Origin: Candidatus Neomarinimicrobium atlanticum
Lineage (GTDB): Bacteria > Fidelibacterota > Marinisomatia > Marinisomatales > Marinisomataceae
Length of the DNA stretch: 64,000 bases
NCBI GenBank assembly: GCA_000402815.1
Contig: AQSA01000008.1
Span: forward strand, 1,592-65,591
Direction: 5' to 3'
Shown here: piece by piece, positions 35,842 to 42,830 of the stretch
Layout of the letters: the number at the start of each line of letters is the position of its first letter
Numbering within the stretch: position 1 is the first letter of the stretch
Program-made: the position numbers and the translations under genes
The notes under the pieces: model-generated
Database searches by the model: none
Told to the model about the DNA's origin: nothing
Seen by the model: only the letters and a program-made list of their open reading frames with translations

Positions 35842-36910
35842 CTAAGTCGTCGTAAAATGATGAGTCAATATTTTCTGGTAAACCAACATCGCTCTCAGGA
35901 GAAATATACTTGATTTCTATTAATGAACTTTCTAAAGTATTTTTAATCACCTCAAATGACTTTCGCTCCTCTTTTATGAATCGTTTAAAGACAACTTCTT
36001 TTTTATCGATTCTACTTTTTTGTTCATCAATTTCGTCCCAAATATTTGACATTTGGTTGATAAATTTTTCACTCGTTATATAATCAAATACTTCTTCAGG
36101 AGCACTAGTTTTTCTCGCTTGAGCAACGTCAATCATTGAACTTTTTTCTATAATACCTTGCCTAGTTATGGCAAGTGCGCTTATATAATATCTAGGTTCC
36201 ATTCTACAAATCAGGATATTTTTCTGCTTAAAGAAAGGTAAAGAACCGTCTACATTTTTTGGATATGATCTTGTAATAATTACCCCTGTATCTATACTAC
36301 TATCTTTCATATCTGCTTTCAATTTAGGTATCCATCCATTTGAGAAACTTTTAGTATTTTTTACCTCAATAGCAATTTTAGCAGTCGCTTTCCCTTTTCT
36401 TTCATTGATTTTTATAATCCAATCTGCTCCACTTTTACCCCTCTTTACTTCTTCAATAACATCATCCGGGAAAGCTTGTTCTAGTTCTCTTTGTACAATA
36501 TTCTCTGCAGCTTCTCCGGAAACTTGAACTTGGGATCGACTTCCGCTTGCACCCACATCCTCATTAAGATTTGCAACTTTTGATGTCAATTGATTATTTA
36601 ACTCCACTAGAGAAGCTTGCTTTTGTCTATTGAGTAACTCATTTGCTTTTACTGCTTCCTGAATAGCTTTTTGTTGATCTTGTTCTTGGGCTTTGACTGC
36701 TGCGTCAACAGCTTTTTGTTGTTCTTGTTCTTTGGCTTTGACTGCTGCGTCAATAGCTTTTTGTTGATCTTGTTCTTTGGCTTTGACTGCTGCGTCAATA
36801 GCTTTTTGTTGATCTTGCTGTTGGGCTTTGACACCCTCTTGAATTTCTTGTTTTATTGAATCTTGAATATCAACGTTTTCACCACAATGAGGACATTTAA
36901 TTTTGTTCAT
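35834..36910 (-). CDS. DUF2130-like protein: N-terminal zinc ribbon, repetitive coiled coil, C-terminal restriction-endonuclease-like domain
   Basis: 'MNKIKCPHCGENVDIQ'. Four 15-aa units 'QDQQKAIDAAVKAKE'. C-terminal 'GEAAENIVQRELEQAFPDD..GADWIIKI..KIAIEVKNTKSFSNGWIPKLKADM' (D..EVK core). Overall RmuC-like architecture. Confidence 0.7.
   Translation of the reverse strand: MNKIKCPHCGENVDIQDSIKQEIQEGVKAQQQDQQKAIDAAVKAKEQDQQKAIDAAVKAKEQEQQKAVDAAVKAQEQDQQKAIQEAVKANELLNRQKQASLVELNNQLTSKVANLNEDVGASGSRSQVQVSGEAAENIVQRELEQAFPDDVIEEVKRGKSGADWIIKINERKGKATAKIAIEVKNTKSFSNGWIPKLKADMKDSSIDTGVIITRSYPKNVDGSLPFFKQKNILICRMEPRYYISALAITRQGIIEKSSMIDVAQARKTSAPEEVFDYITSEKFINQMSNIWDEIDEQKSRIDKKEVVFKRFIKEERKSFEVIKNTLESSLIEIKYISPESDVGLPENIDSSFYDDLDD
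36665..36844. repeat. Four tandem in-frame copies of a 45-nt unit inside the DUF2130 gene
   Basis: Units at 36665-36709, 36710-36754, 36755-36799 and 36800-36844 ('agctttttgttgatcttgttctttggctttgactgctgcgtcaat'). There are only a few substitutions between the first three units, a degenerate half-unit upstream, and no spacers. Confidence 0.9.
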
Positions 36911-36937
36911 TTAACTTCTCCAGTTAATATTAATGAT

Positions 36938-37132
36938 TTAATCGTCATAATCTCTATTCACTCCAGCAATATCATCTGCTATATCTCCAAAAAAGAACCA
37001 AGAGACAAGATAGCATACCCAAAACGCACCGATAGTAAGCCAATATCCTTCCATAAACACAAGTTCTTGTAAATTTGGTGTCATATATAGAATGAAAGTT
37101 AAAACGACTAACAGTATTGTAATACAGCCCAT
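36938..37132 (-). CDS. Possible 64-aa two-TM membrane protein with acidic tail
   Basis: 'CITILLVVLTFILYM' and 'WLTIGAFWVCYLVSWFFF' helices; tail 'DIADDIAGVNRDYDD'. Directly upstream of the DUF2130 gene on the same strand. No homology recognised. Confidence 0.35.
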   Translation of the reverse strand: MGCITILLVVLTFILYMTPNLQELVFMEGYWLTIGAFWVCYLVSWFFFGDIADDIAGVNRDYDD

Positions 37133-37175
37133 GCTAAAATATATTAAATATTAATGTATGTATCCCTACTTAAGA

Positions 37176-37445
37176 TTATGCGCATATAACTTGAGCAATA
37201 TTAAAGTCTAAAAACTTATCGAAATCAACAGCTATAATTTTAAATTCCATGGTATACAGTGTTTTGCAATACTTGCATCCAACACGATATAAGATTACTT
37301 CATCCCCCTCTTTATTTAAATCTAGTAATGAAAAGTATACACCAGTTTCTTTAAGTGGCTTTTCACACACTAGGCATGAATGTCCTGTTGTAAGTTTTTT
37401 TGCTTTTTTAAATTCATCAGAATTTGGATCAATACATTGTATCAT
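37176..37445 (-). CDS. 89-aa putative zinc-ribbon protein
   Basis: Two CxxC pairs ('CLVCEKPL' .. 'CKYCKTL'); RBS 'aaaaggagac' upstream of the ATG. Confidence 0.4.
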   Translation of the reverse strand: MIQCIDPNSDEFKKAKKLTTGHSCLVCEKPLKETGVYFSLLDLNKEGDEVILYRVGCKYCKTLYTMEFKIIAVDFDKFLDFNIAQVICA

Positions 37446-37566
37446 ATAGGTAAGTCTCCTTTTTGGTTAGTTATGTTGTGCGAGGGATAAAAAGGATTAT
37501 TTCAAATCGTAATAATATCTCTACTATATTAACGGCATTCTAAAATTTAATTACAAGTTTTATATT

Positions 37567-37905
37567 TTATTTTTTAGGTTTTTCGACAGTTAATTCAAAA
37601 AATTTAGCTGCTCCACAAGTACGTGCTCCTTTTACAACTACATCAATCCTGCAAATTCTAAGCACCAGTTGATTAATGTTATATCGTTGCGTTAAATAAA
37701 TCAATTCATTTCTCTTTGCTAATGATTGATTAGAAGTTTTAAAAGGAAATGGTGTAACTTGTCCACCTGCACTTTGTCCATCCATCCAGTAATCTATTAG
37801 AATCTTTGCACTTCCTTTTTCTTTGATCTCTTTATTAATCCTTGATCGATAGGATGAATCAATTAATCCTGCAACTAATTTATAATTACTTATTACCATT
37901 TTCAT
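37567..37905 (-). CDS. 112-aa hypothetical protein
   Basis: Strong RBS ('aaaggagag' 5-6 nt before the ATG); no family recognised. Confidence 0.45.
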   Translation of the reverse strand: MKMVISNYKLVAGLIDSSYRSRINKEIKEKGSAKILIDYWMDGQSAGGQVTPFPFKTSNQSLAKRNELIYLTQRYNINQLVLRICRIDVVVKGARTCGAAKFFELTVEKPKK

Positions 37906-37930
37906 AAACTCTCCTTTGTTGTTTTCAGGA

Positions 37931-37960
37931 CAGAAATAAAAAAACCCTCATCAGAGGGTT
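37931..37960 (-). terminator. Rho-independent terminator (minus-strand orientation) about 25 nt upstream of the 112-aa gene
   Basis: Perfect 8-bp stem 'aaaccctc/gagggttt' with a 4-nt loop. Read on the minus strand it is followed by 'tttttttattt'. Confidence 0.65.
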
Positions 37961-37965
37961 TAAGA

Positions 37966-38053
37966 TATTATCTACTAGAGAATATTGTAGATAATTAGCA
38001 TGATATTAATCAAACAAGGAATATAACAATGTCAGAAAAAAACTAATTATCTA
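37966..38053. repeat. Three copies of a 9-12 nt motif (ATTATCTAC at 37966-74; inverted GTAGATAATTAG at 37986-97; CTAATTATCTAC at 38042-53)
   Basis: Read directly. The middle copy is perfectly complementary to the distal copy (12 nt) and to the proximal copy (9 nt), so two mutually exclusive hairpins, or three protein-binding sites, are possible. Confidence 0.6.
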
Positions 38054-38062
38054 CACTTTTCA

Positions 38063-38092
38063 AATTTTAAGTAGCACATCTGTCACTTGACA
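38063..38092 (-). promoter_or_regulatory. Putative sigma70-like promoter on the minus strand (-35 TTGTCA, 18-nt spacer, -10 TAAAAT), overlapping the palindrome TGTCACTTGACA
   Basis: The hexamers are the reverse complements of 38087-38092 and 38063-38068. The predicted start near 38055 would give a ~125-nt leader ending at the 37931-37960 terminator. Confidence 0.3.
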
Positions 38093-38187
38093 AACCACCG
38101 TGGCATTTTGCTCGGTTGGTGGGAATATTCCCGTCCTGATGATACTTTAATTTAATTTATTATATCTTTTAAAAAAGCAAAATTATA

Positions 38188-38430
38188 CTATATTTTTTCT
38201 GAAGCAGATATAAGTGATTTGAGTTTATTTATATTGCTATTAATTAAAGACTTTTTGAGATCTACATCATGAATACTTGATATGATAGAATGTTTTTCTT
38301 TTTCATACCTTAATCGTATTGTTCGTCTTTTTTCTTTAAAATGTTTTGCTTCTTTGGTTACAGATTTAAGTTCTGCATTTAATTCAGCTAACATTTTTTT
38401 TAATTCTTTTTTATTTAATTTTGAACTCAT
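38188..38430 (-). CDS. 80-aa Lys-rich coiled-coil protein of unknown function
   Basis: ORF 'MSSKLNKKELKKMLAELNAELKSVTKEAKHFKEKRR..'. No homology recognised. Rightmost island gene. Confidence 0.35.
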   Translation of the reverse strand: MSSKLNKKELKKMLAELNAELKSVTKEAKHFKEKRRTIRLRYEKEKHSIISSIHDVDLKKSLINSNINKLKSLISASEKI

Positions 38431-38499
38431 AAATAAAAATATAAATATTTTAGAACATTTGTTATAAAAAATATTATATAAAGTATGAAAATGAAAAAA

Positions 38500-39495
38500 T
38501 TATAATAATTTTTTAATTTGCGAAGCAGCATCAACAATAGCAGATTCTGATGATCTAAACTTCCACCCTAAGATATCTCGTGCATTATTGGAATGATAAA
38601 TACGAAGAATATCTATATCTTTTAAAAAGAAGGATAGCTGTTTATCAAACCTTCCTAATATTCTTGCTAAGATAGTTGGAAGATTTCTTTTAGGTGCTTT
38701 AAACCCATTATCATTGAGCACTTTAGCAATTTCAGGAAAGAACATATGATTATTGGATGCGATAAAGCGTTTACCAGGAGCTTTATCATTAACCATGGCT
38801 TCAAAGTGTAAGTCAGCCACATCTTTAATATGAACGATATTAATACAAATATTTAAGGTGAATGGCATTGATCCATCAATTAAACGCTTCACAAGAATAT
38901 TAGAAGCACCAATATCATCTGATAACGAATTACCAAAGACCATCGAAGGATTAATAGCTACTGCTTCCATGTCCGTCTTCCCTTCATGCTCTTTCATAAA
39001 GTCCCATAAATATTGCTCCGCTTTGGTTTTACTGGTTTGGTAAGGACCTACATCCATGGTTAAATCAGTCCAATCGGTATCATCATATTCATTTTTGTGA
39101 TTTGACCCTCCTACGGATGCAACGGATGATGTCATGACAAAGCGTTTGATATTATTCTTTAAGGCAGCGTTAAGGCATCGTTTTATGCCATTTACAGCAG
39201 GTTTTACTACAATATCATAATCATTAGAATTCGTAGTAGGAATTGGTGAGGCAATATGTTGCACATAGTCACATCCTGCAACTGCTTCATCCCACCCTTC
39301 ATCTTTTAATAAATCAAGTTCACAGAATTCAAGCATTCCCTTTGTAGATACTTCTTTTTCTACGGCATCAATGACTTCTTGTTTACGGTCTAACGAACGT
39401 AATGATGTTCGAACTTGATACCCTTCTTGAATGAGTTTTGAGATTAAATGTAGAGATATAAACCCTGATCCGCCGCTTACAAATACTTTTTCCAT
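38500..39495 (-). CDS. NAD(P)-dependent epimerase/dehydratase-family SDR (dihydroflavonol/cinnamoyl-CoA reductase-like)
   Basis: 'KVFVSGGSGFISLHLISKL' (GxxGxxG Rossmann motif) and catalytic 'YQTSKTKAE' (YxxxK). Confidence 0.85.
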   Translation of the reverse strand: MEKVFVSGGSGFISLHLISKLIQEGYQVRTSLRSLDRKQEVIDAVEKEVSTKGMLEFCELDLLKDEGWDEAVAGCDYVQHIASPIPTTNSNDYDIVVKPAVNGIKRCLNAALKNNIKRFVMTSSVASVGGSNHKNEYDDTDWTDLTMDVGPYQTSKTKAEQYLWDFMKEHEGKTDMEAVAINPSMVFGNSLSDDIGASNILVKRLIDGSMPFTLNICINIVHIKDVADLHFEAMVNDKAPGKRFIASNNHMFFPEIAKVLNDNGFKAPKRNLPTILARILGRFDKQLSFFLKDIDILRIYHSNNARDILGWKFRSSESAIVDAASQIKKLL

Positions 39496-39592
39496 ATTAA
39501 AATTTATAAAAAATTTGAAACAAAAATGAAAATTAAATGTATATAGAATATGAAAGCGAAATCAAGAGGCACAAACAACGGAGTTAAAATAA

Positions 39593-40186
39593 ATGAATAA
39601 TATTGAAAAGTTTGTCCTTGGCGGAGTAACACTCTGCATCGGATCGCTTCTTTTCATCATGAATGAAACAGAAGAAGTAATATTAACCTCTAACACAACC
39701 TTTGATCAAGATGTTACAAAAATCGTTATCGCTGACGTAGCAGAACAGGTCACAGAAGACGTTAGTACCCCCCAACCACTAGAAGTGTCAGTGATTGCAT
39801 TTGAAGACGAATCTAATATGATTGTAGATGAATGGGATAATAAAAATATGTTAGCTAAGAATGGAGATATCAGTTTCAGGGAAGCATTTGCTAATGCACG
39901 AACACAGTTAGGCCCTGGCCAAACCTTTGAATGGTATGGAGAACGATATACTACCGATTATTTTTATGAAATTAAGACAGTTGTAGGAGAAGTCGTTATT
40001 GTCAATAATAACGAAGGCAATCTAGAGCTAGAACAAAAAGAGTCCTTAGCGGACGTTGAAGAAATTGTCACGTATCGTGATAACGAAGAAGTGAAAGTAT
40101 CTTATGAACATCTCTTCCCTGAGGCCATTGCAGCAGCCAAGAAGAATGGAACATATGATGATTCAAAAATTATGAGTAATGATTAA
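39593..40186 (+). CDS. Hypothetical membrane-anchored protein
   Basis: N-terminal TM helix 'FVLGGVTLCIGSLLFIM'; acidic remainder; no family recognised. Confidence 0.4.
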   Translation: MNNIEKFVLGGVTLCIGSLLFIMNETEEVILTSNTTFDQDVTKIVIADVAEQVTEDVSTPQPLEVSVIAFEDESNMIVDEWDNKNMLAKNGDISFREAFANARTQLGPGQTFEWYGERYTTDYFYEIKTVVGEVVIVNNNEGNLELEQKESLADVEEIVTYRDNEEVKVSYEHLFPEAIAAAKKNGTYDDSKIMSND

Positions 40187-40221
40187 GCAGTAAGATTTTC
40201 TCAGTGTTACCTTCAAACAAG

Positions 40222-40253
40222 AAAGGCGCTTGGTCGAAAGCGCCTTTTTTATT
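40222..40253 (+). terminator. Rho-independent terminator between convergent genes
   Basis: Perfect 9-bp stem 'aaaggcgct/agcgccttt' with an 8-nt loop, then a T-run. The T-run overlaps the stop codon of the convergent minus-strand gene. Confidence 0.7.
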
Positions 40254-41013
40254 TAAACATACGTTTTAATTGTCTTTTCGTATCCCAATACCTTTGATGC
40301 TCTCGCACAAAATACTGTAATAAGTATAAGCATTTATCATAATCATAATCAGATTCGGCGCTATAGTATTTAGCTATCATCTTGACAAGATCGCTATCGG
40401 AAGTTATTCGAGATAAAGATTTCATTCTGTCGCGTAAAGAAAGCGATTTAAAATCAATTCTATTTAAATCAACAATCGAAAAACTATACTCATTACCCTG
40501 TTGTGTAATTAAGACATTTCTACGGGTATAATCCAAGTGATCTATCCCCTGATGATGCAATTCTAAGGTAAACTTCATAAAAGCCGTCCAAAGGGTTTCA
40601 CTGTCTTTAAATGGAGTCTTATTATCACCTCTTTCTGTAAATAAGACGCTTAAATCATAATCAGATGAATAGTATTCAGAGATATAGAAGCTTTCTTGAA
40701 ATTGTAATCCTGTATAGTGCTCTAAATATGCTACGGGTTCTGGTGTATGAATTCCTTTTGAAAGGAGGATATTGGCATAATCAAACGAGCGCTTTGCTTT
40801 GGATGGAAAAATATTACCGTAAGTATAGCTCTTGATAGCAGTTGGTTTTTTAAAGGATTTAACCACGAATTTTTTATTATCTAAATCGATAATTTTTAAA
40901 TGATTACGCCCTGATTTAATCGATTCTCCTGTTGAACGAAAATTCTTTTTGACGTCAAGAATTGCTTCTTTAAGAAAAGAGTATTTAGGACTGATATTAT
41001 ATTTCAATGACAT
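40249..41013 (-). CDS. Lipopolysaccharide-kinase (Kdo/WaaP)-family protein kinase-like protein
   Basis: Kinase-like catalytic loop 'HQGIDHLDYTRRNVLI' and 'FSIVDLNRI' (DxD/N region); size of 254 aa fits the family. The call is tentative. Confidence 0.5.
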   Translation of the reverse strand: MSLKYNISPKYSFLKEAILDVKKNFRSTGESIKSGRNHLKIIDLDNKKFVVKSFKKPTAIKSYTYGNIFPSKAKRSFDYANILLSKGIHTPEPVAYLEHYTGLQFQESFYISEYYSSDYDLSVLFTERGDNKTPFKDSETLWTAFMKFTLELHHQGIDHLDYTRRNVLITQQGNEYSFSIVDLNRIDFKSLSLRDRMKSLSRITSDSDLVKMIAKYYSAESDYDYDKCLYLLQYFVREHQRYWDTKRQLKRMFK

Positions 41014-41030
41014 ATGAGGTTGAAATATAT

Positions 41031-41450
41031 TTAAACTTCTGGAACGGGCATACTACTTCCAAATATTTTTTTCAAATCTGAAAAGCCACCAATAGGAACG
41101 CCATCTACAAAGATTTGTGGCACAAAAAAGTCTTCAATCCCCACTTCCTTGAGCTTTAGTTTTGAAATACTATATTCATCAACATCTACTTCGGTGTAGC
41201 TAATATTTTCTTGATTTAGAAGCATCTTAGCTCCTTTGCAGTATCCGCACCACGTAGCGGTAAAAATAGTTACGCCTGCATCGTTAAAATCTGCTCTAGT
41301 AATTGTATCTTTGGTAAAGGTTGGATTACTATTTTTAATAACGATGGCTTCTGTAATATCTCGCTCTTTTACTTGATAATAAAAAAAGGTCGCAAAAAAG
41401 ACACCAAAGGAAACTAGTATAGCCAGAATTAGGGATTTTACTTTATTCAT
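41031..41450 (-). CDS. Membrane-anchored glutaredoxin-family protein
   Basis: N-terminal TM helix; 'VTIFTATWCGYCKGAKMLL' (CxxC) .. 'VPQIFVDGVPIGGFSDL'. Confidence 0.75.
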   Translation of the reverse strand: MNKVKSLILAILVSFGVFFATFFYYQVKERDITEAIVIKNSNPTFTKDTITRADFNDAGVTIFTATWCGYCKGAKMLLNQENISYTEVDVDEYSISKLKLKEVGIEDFFVPQIFVDGVPIGGFSDLKKIFGSSMPVPEV

Positions 41451-41820
41451 CTGTAACGAAAATTAAAGAAATTAATAATAAGGCAATAGGATACATTACA
41501 TTCTTGGAACCGAATGGATCTCCCCAAACAGCATAATGCATATAAGCTGCACCCACCATAACAATTGCAATCATCGCTGCCCCAAGCTTCGTTAAGATGT
41601 CGTATTTCATGCCTAATAACATAAATAAACCACCAACAAACTCAAAAAGCACAACCAAGTAAACCAAGAATAATGGTAAAGCTCTTGATATGCCTTCACC
41701 GTCAACAATTGGCCACTTTCCCATCCCAGCTTTAATAAAAATAAACGCAAGAAGGATACGCATGAAAAACATCACTCCTGCCCTGTAATGGGTTAAATCT
41801 GTATCTAATAATCTATTCAT
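41443..41820 (-). CDS. DoxX-family membrane protein
   Basis: Four TM helices; 'FFMRILLAFIFIKAGMGKW' is typical of DoxX; overlaps the glutaredoxin gene by 8 nt. Confidence 0.7.
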   Translation of the reverse strand: MNRLLDTDLTHYRAGVMFFMRILLAFIFIKAGMGKWPIVDGEGISRALPLFLVYLVVLFEFVGGLFMLLGMKYDILTKLGAAMIAIVMVGAAYMHYAVWGDPFGSKNVMYPIALLLISLIFVTDE

Positions 41821-41830
41821 AACTTTTTCC

Positions 41831-42058
41831 TTATATACTTAAATGCGATCCATCACAATATGGTGCATTTTTAGATTCTTTGCAACCACATAAGTATGCT
41901 TCTTTACTATCTTCCGCTTTAAATACTATAGGCTGCATATCTGTCTTTGTATGACTTCCATCGCAAAATGGTTGATTGCTCGACTCTGAACATGCACACC
42001 ATGCATAATTATTGTCTTTTTTAAGTGCTACTACATTTGGTTCTTTTTTATTACTCAT
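41831..42058 (-). CDS. CDGSH iron-sulfur domain protein (two complete CDGSH motifs)
   Basis: 'CACSESSNQPFCDGSH' and 'CGCKESKNAPYCDGSH'. Confidence 0.85.
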   Translation of the reverse strand: MSNKKEPNVVALKKDNNYAWCACSESSNQPFCDGSHTKTDMQPIVFKAEDSKEAYLCGCKESKNAPYCDGSHLSI

Positions 42059-42073
42059 TGTATTTCCTTTCTT

Positions 42074-42382
42074 TTATATACTTAAATGTCTTTCGTTGCA
42101 ATAAGGAGCATTGTCGGATTGTTTACATCCACACAAATTAACCTCTGCATCCTTTTCTGCTTTTATAATCATCGGCTTCTCATCTTTAGCAATTAACCTT
42201 TGACCTTCACCTTTACTAGTGATCATATTGACATCAACCAAGGATTCAATAAGATTATTTTCTTTTTCATTTATCTTTTCATGACTACCATCACAAAATG
42301 GTTGATTTTTAGAGCCTGCACATTGGCACCAGGCGTAGGTTTTGCCTTTTTCTAGCTTTACAGCATATGGTTTATTTTTCAT
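42074..42382 (-). CDS. CDGSH iron-sulfur domain protein (one canonical and one degenerate motif, with a ~45-aa insert)
   Basis: 'CQCAGSKNQPFCDGSH' and 'CGCKQSDNAPYCNERH'. I prefer the start at the internal ATG (42382, RBS 'aaggaa') by analogy with the paralog; the ORF track extends to 42424. Confidence 0.75.
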   Translation of the reverse strand: MKNKPYAVKLEKGKTYAWCQCAGSKNQPFCDGSHEKINEKENNLIESLVDVNMITSKGEGQRLIAKDEKPMIIKAEKDAEVNLCGCKQSDNAPYCNERHLSI

Positions 42383-42485
42383 ATTTATTTTTCCTTTCAA
42401 AAAAATGATATGAAAGTTTATCACCTAATATTAAATTACACAAGTAGGCACTATTTTTTAATATAGTAACATAAAGAGGACTATC

Positions 42486-42827
42486 ATGAAAGAAACACAA
42501 TGTTTTGAAGATATATGTGGATGCACTGTTGACTCATGCCCTATCACCTATTCTATGAAAATGATTGGCGGTAAATGGAGACCAATTATTATTATGAGAA
42601 TTGCGCAAAATATTAATCGATTTGGTATTTTACATAGAGGGATAGATGGTATTAGTAAGAATATGCTAACAAGAGATTTAAGAGATCTTGAGAAGAATGG
42701 TATTATTTCTAGAAAGATTTTTGCTGAAATACCGCCTAGAGTTGAATACTCGCTGACTAAGAAAGGTAAAACGCTTGTTCCGGTATTTGATATGCTGAAC
42801 GATTGGGCTTCAGACTATATTAAATAA
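42486..42827 (+). CDS. HxlR-family winged-helix transcriptional regulator
   Basis: 'CPITYSMKMIGGKWRPIIIMRI..ISKNMLTRDLRDLEKNGIISRKIFAEIPPRVEYSLTKKG'. Divergent from the CDGSH genes. Confidence 0.85.
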   Translation: MKETQCFEDICGCTVDSCPITYSMKMIGGKWRPIIIMRIAQNINRFGILHRGIDGISKNMLTRDLRDLEKNGIISRKIFAEIPPRVEYSLTKKGKTLVPVFDMLNDWASDYIK

Positions 42828-42830
42828 TAC

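Larger units (their letters stand above)
24722..38499. other. Accessory 'defence island' (helicases, nucleases, two DNA methyltransferases, SMC-like ATPase, many orphan small ORFs); no integrase or transposase
   Basis: Gene content changes abruptly between conserved flanks (leuS/membrane paralogs and the SDR gene). Contents are listed in the features below. Confidence 0.7.

Noticed and set aside
36665-36844. Possible CRISPR array, suggested by regularly spaced repeats
   Set aside because: The units are directly contiguous with no spacers, in-frame within a CDS, 45 nt long and non-palindromic, and no cas genes are in the window.
36649-36859. ORFs 36649..36834 (-) and 36671..36859 (+) with internally repetitive peptides
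   Set aside because: They are alternative-frame readings of the 45-nt tandem repeat inside the DUF2130 gene. The DUF2130 frame is continuous with recognisable N- and C-terminal domains.
28419-36910. Interpretation as DISARM or BREX
   Set aside because: I could read no DUF1998-type, PglZ/alkaline-phosphatase-like, Lon-like or PglX-like proteins from the sequences. The PLD module is fused to a short ResIII helicase rather than being a separate DrmC with a large DrmA.
38090-38140. GC-rich patch as a tRNA/tmRNA 3' fragment marking an integration (att) site
   Set aside because: No T-arm consensus (GTTCRANYC) and no acceptor-like end. It has no similarity to the tRNA-Leu in the window and contains only short palindromes.
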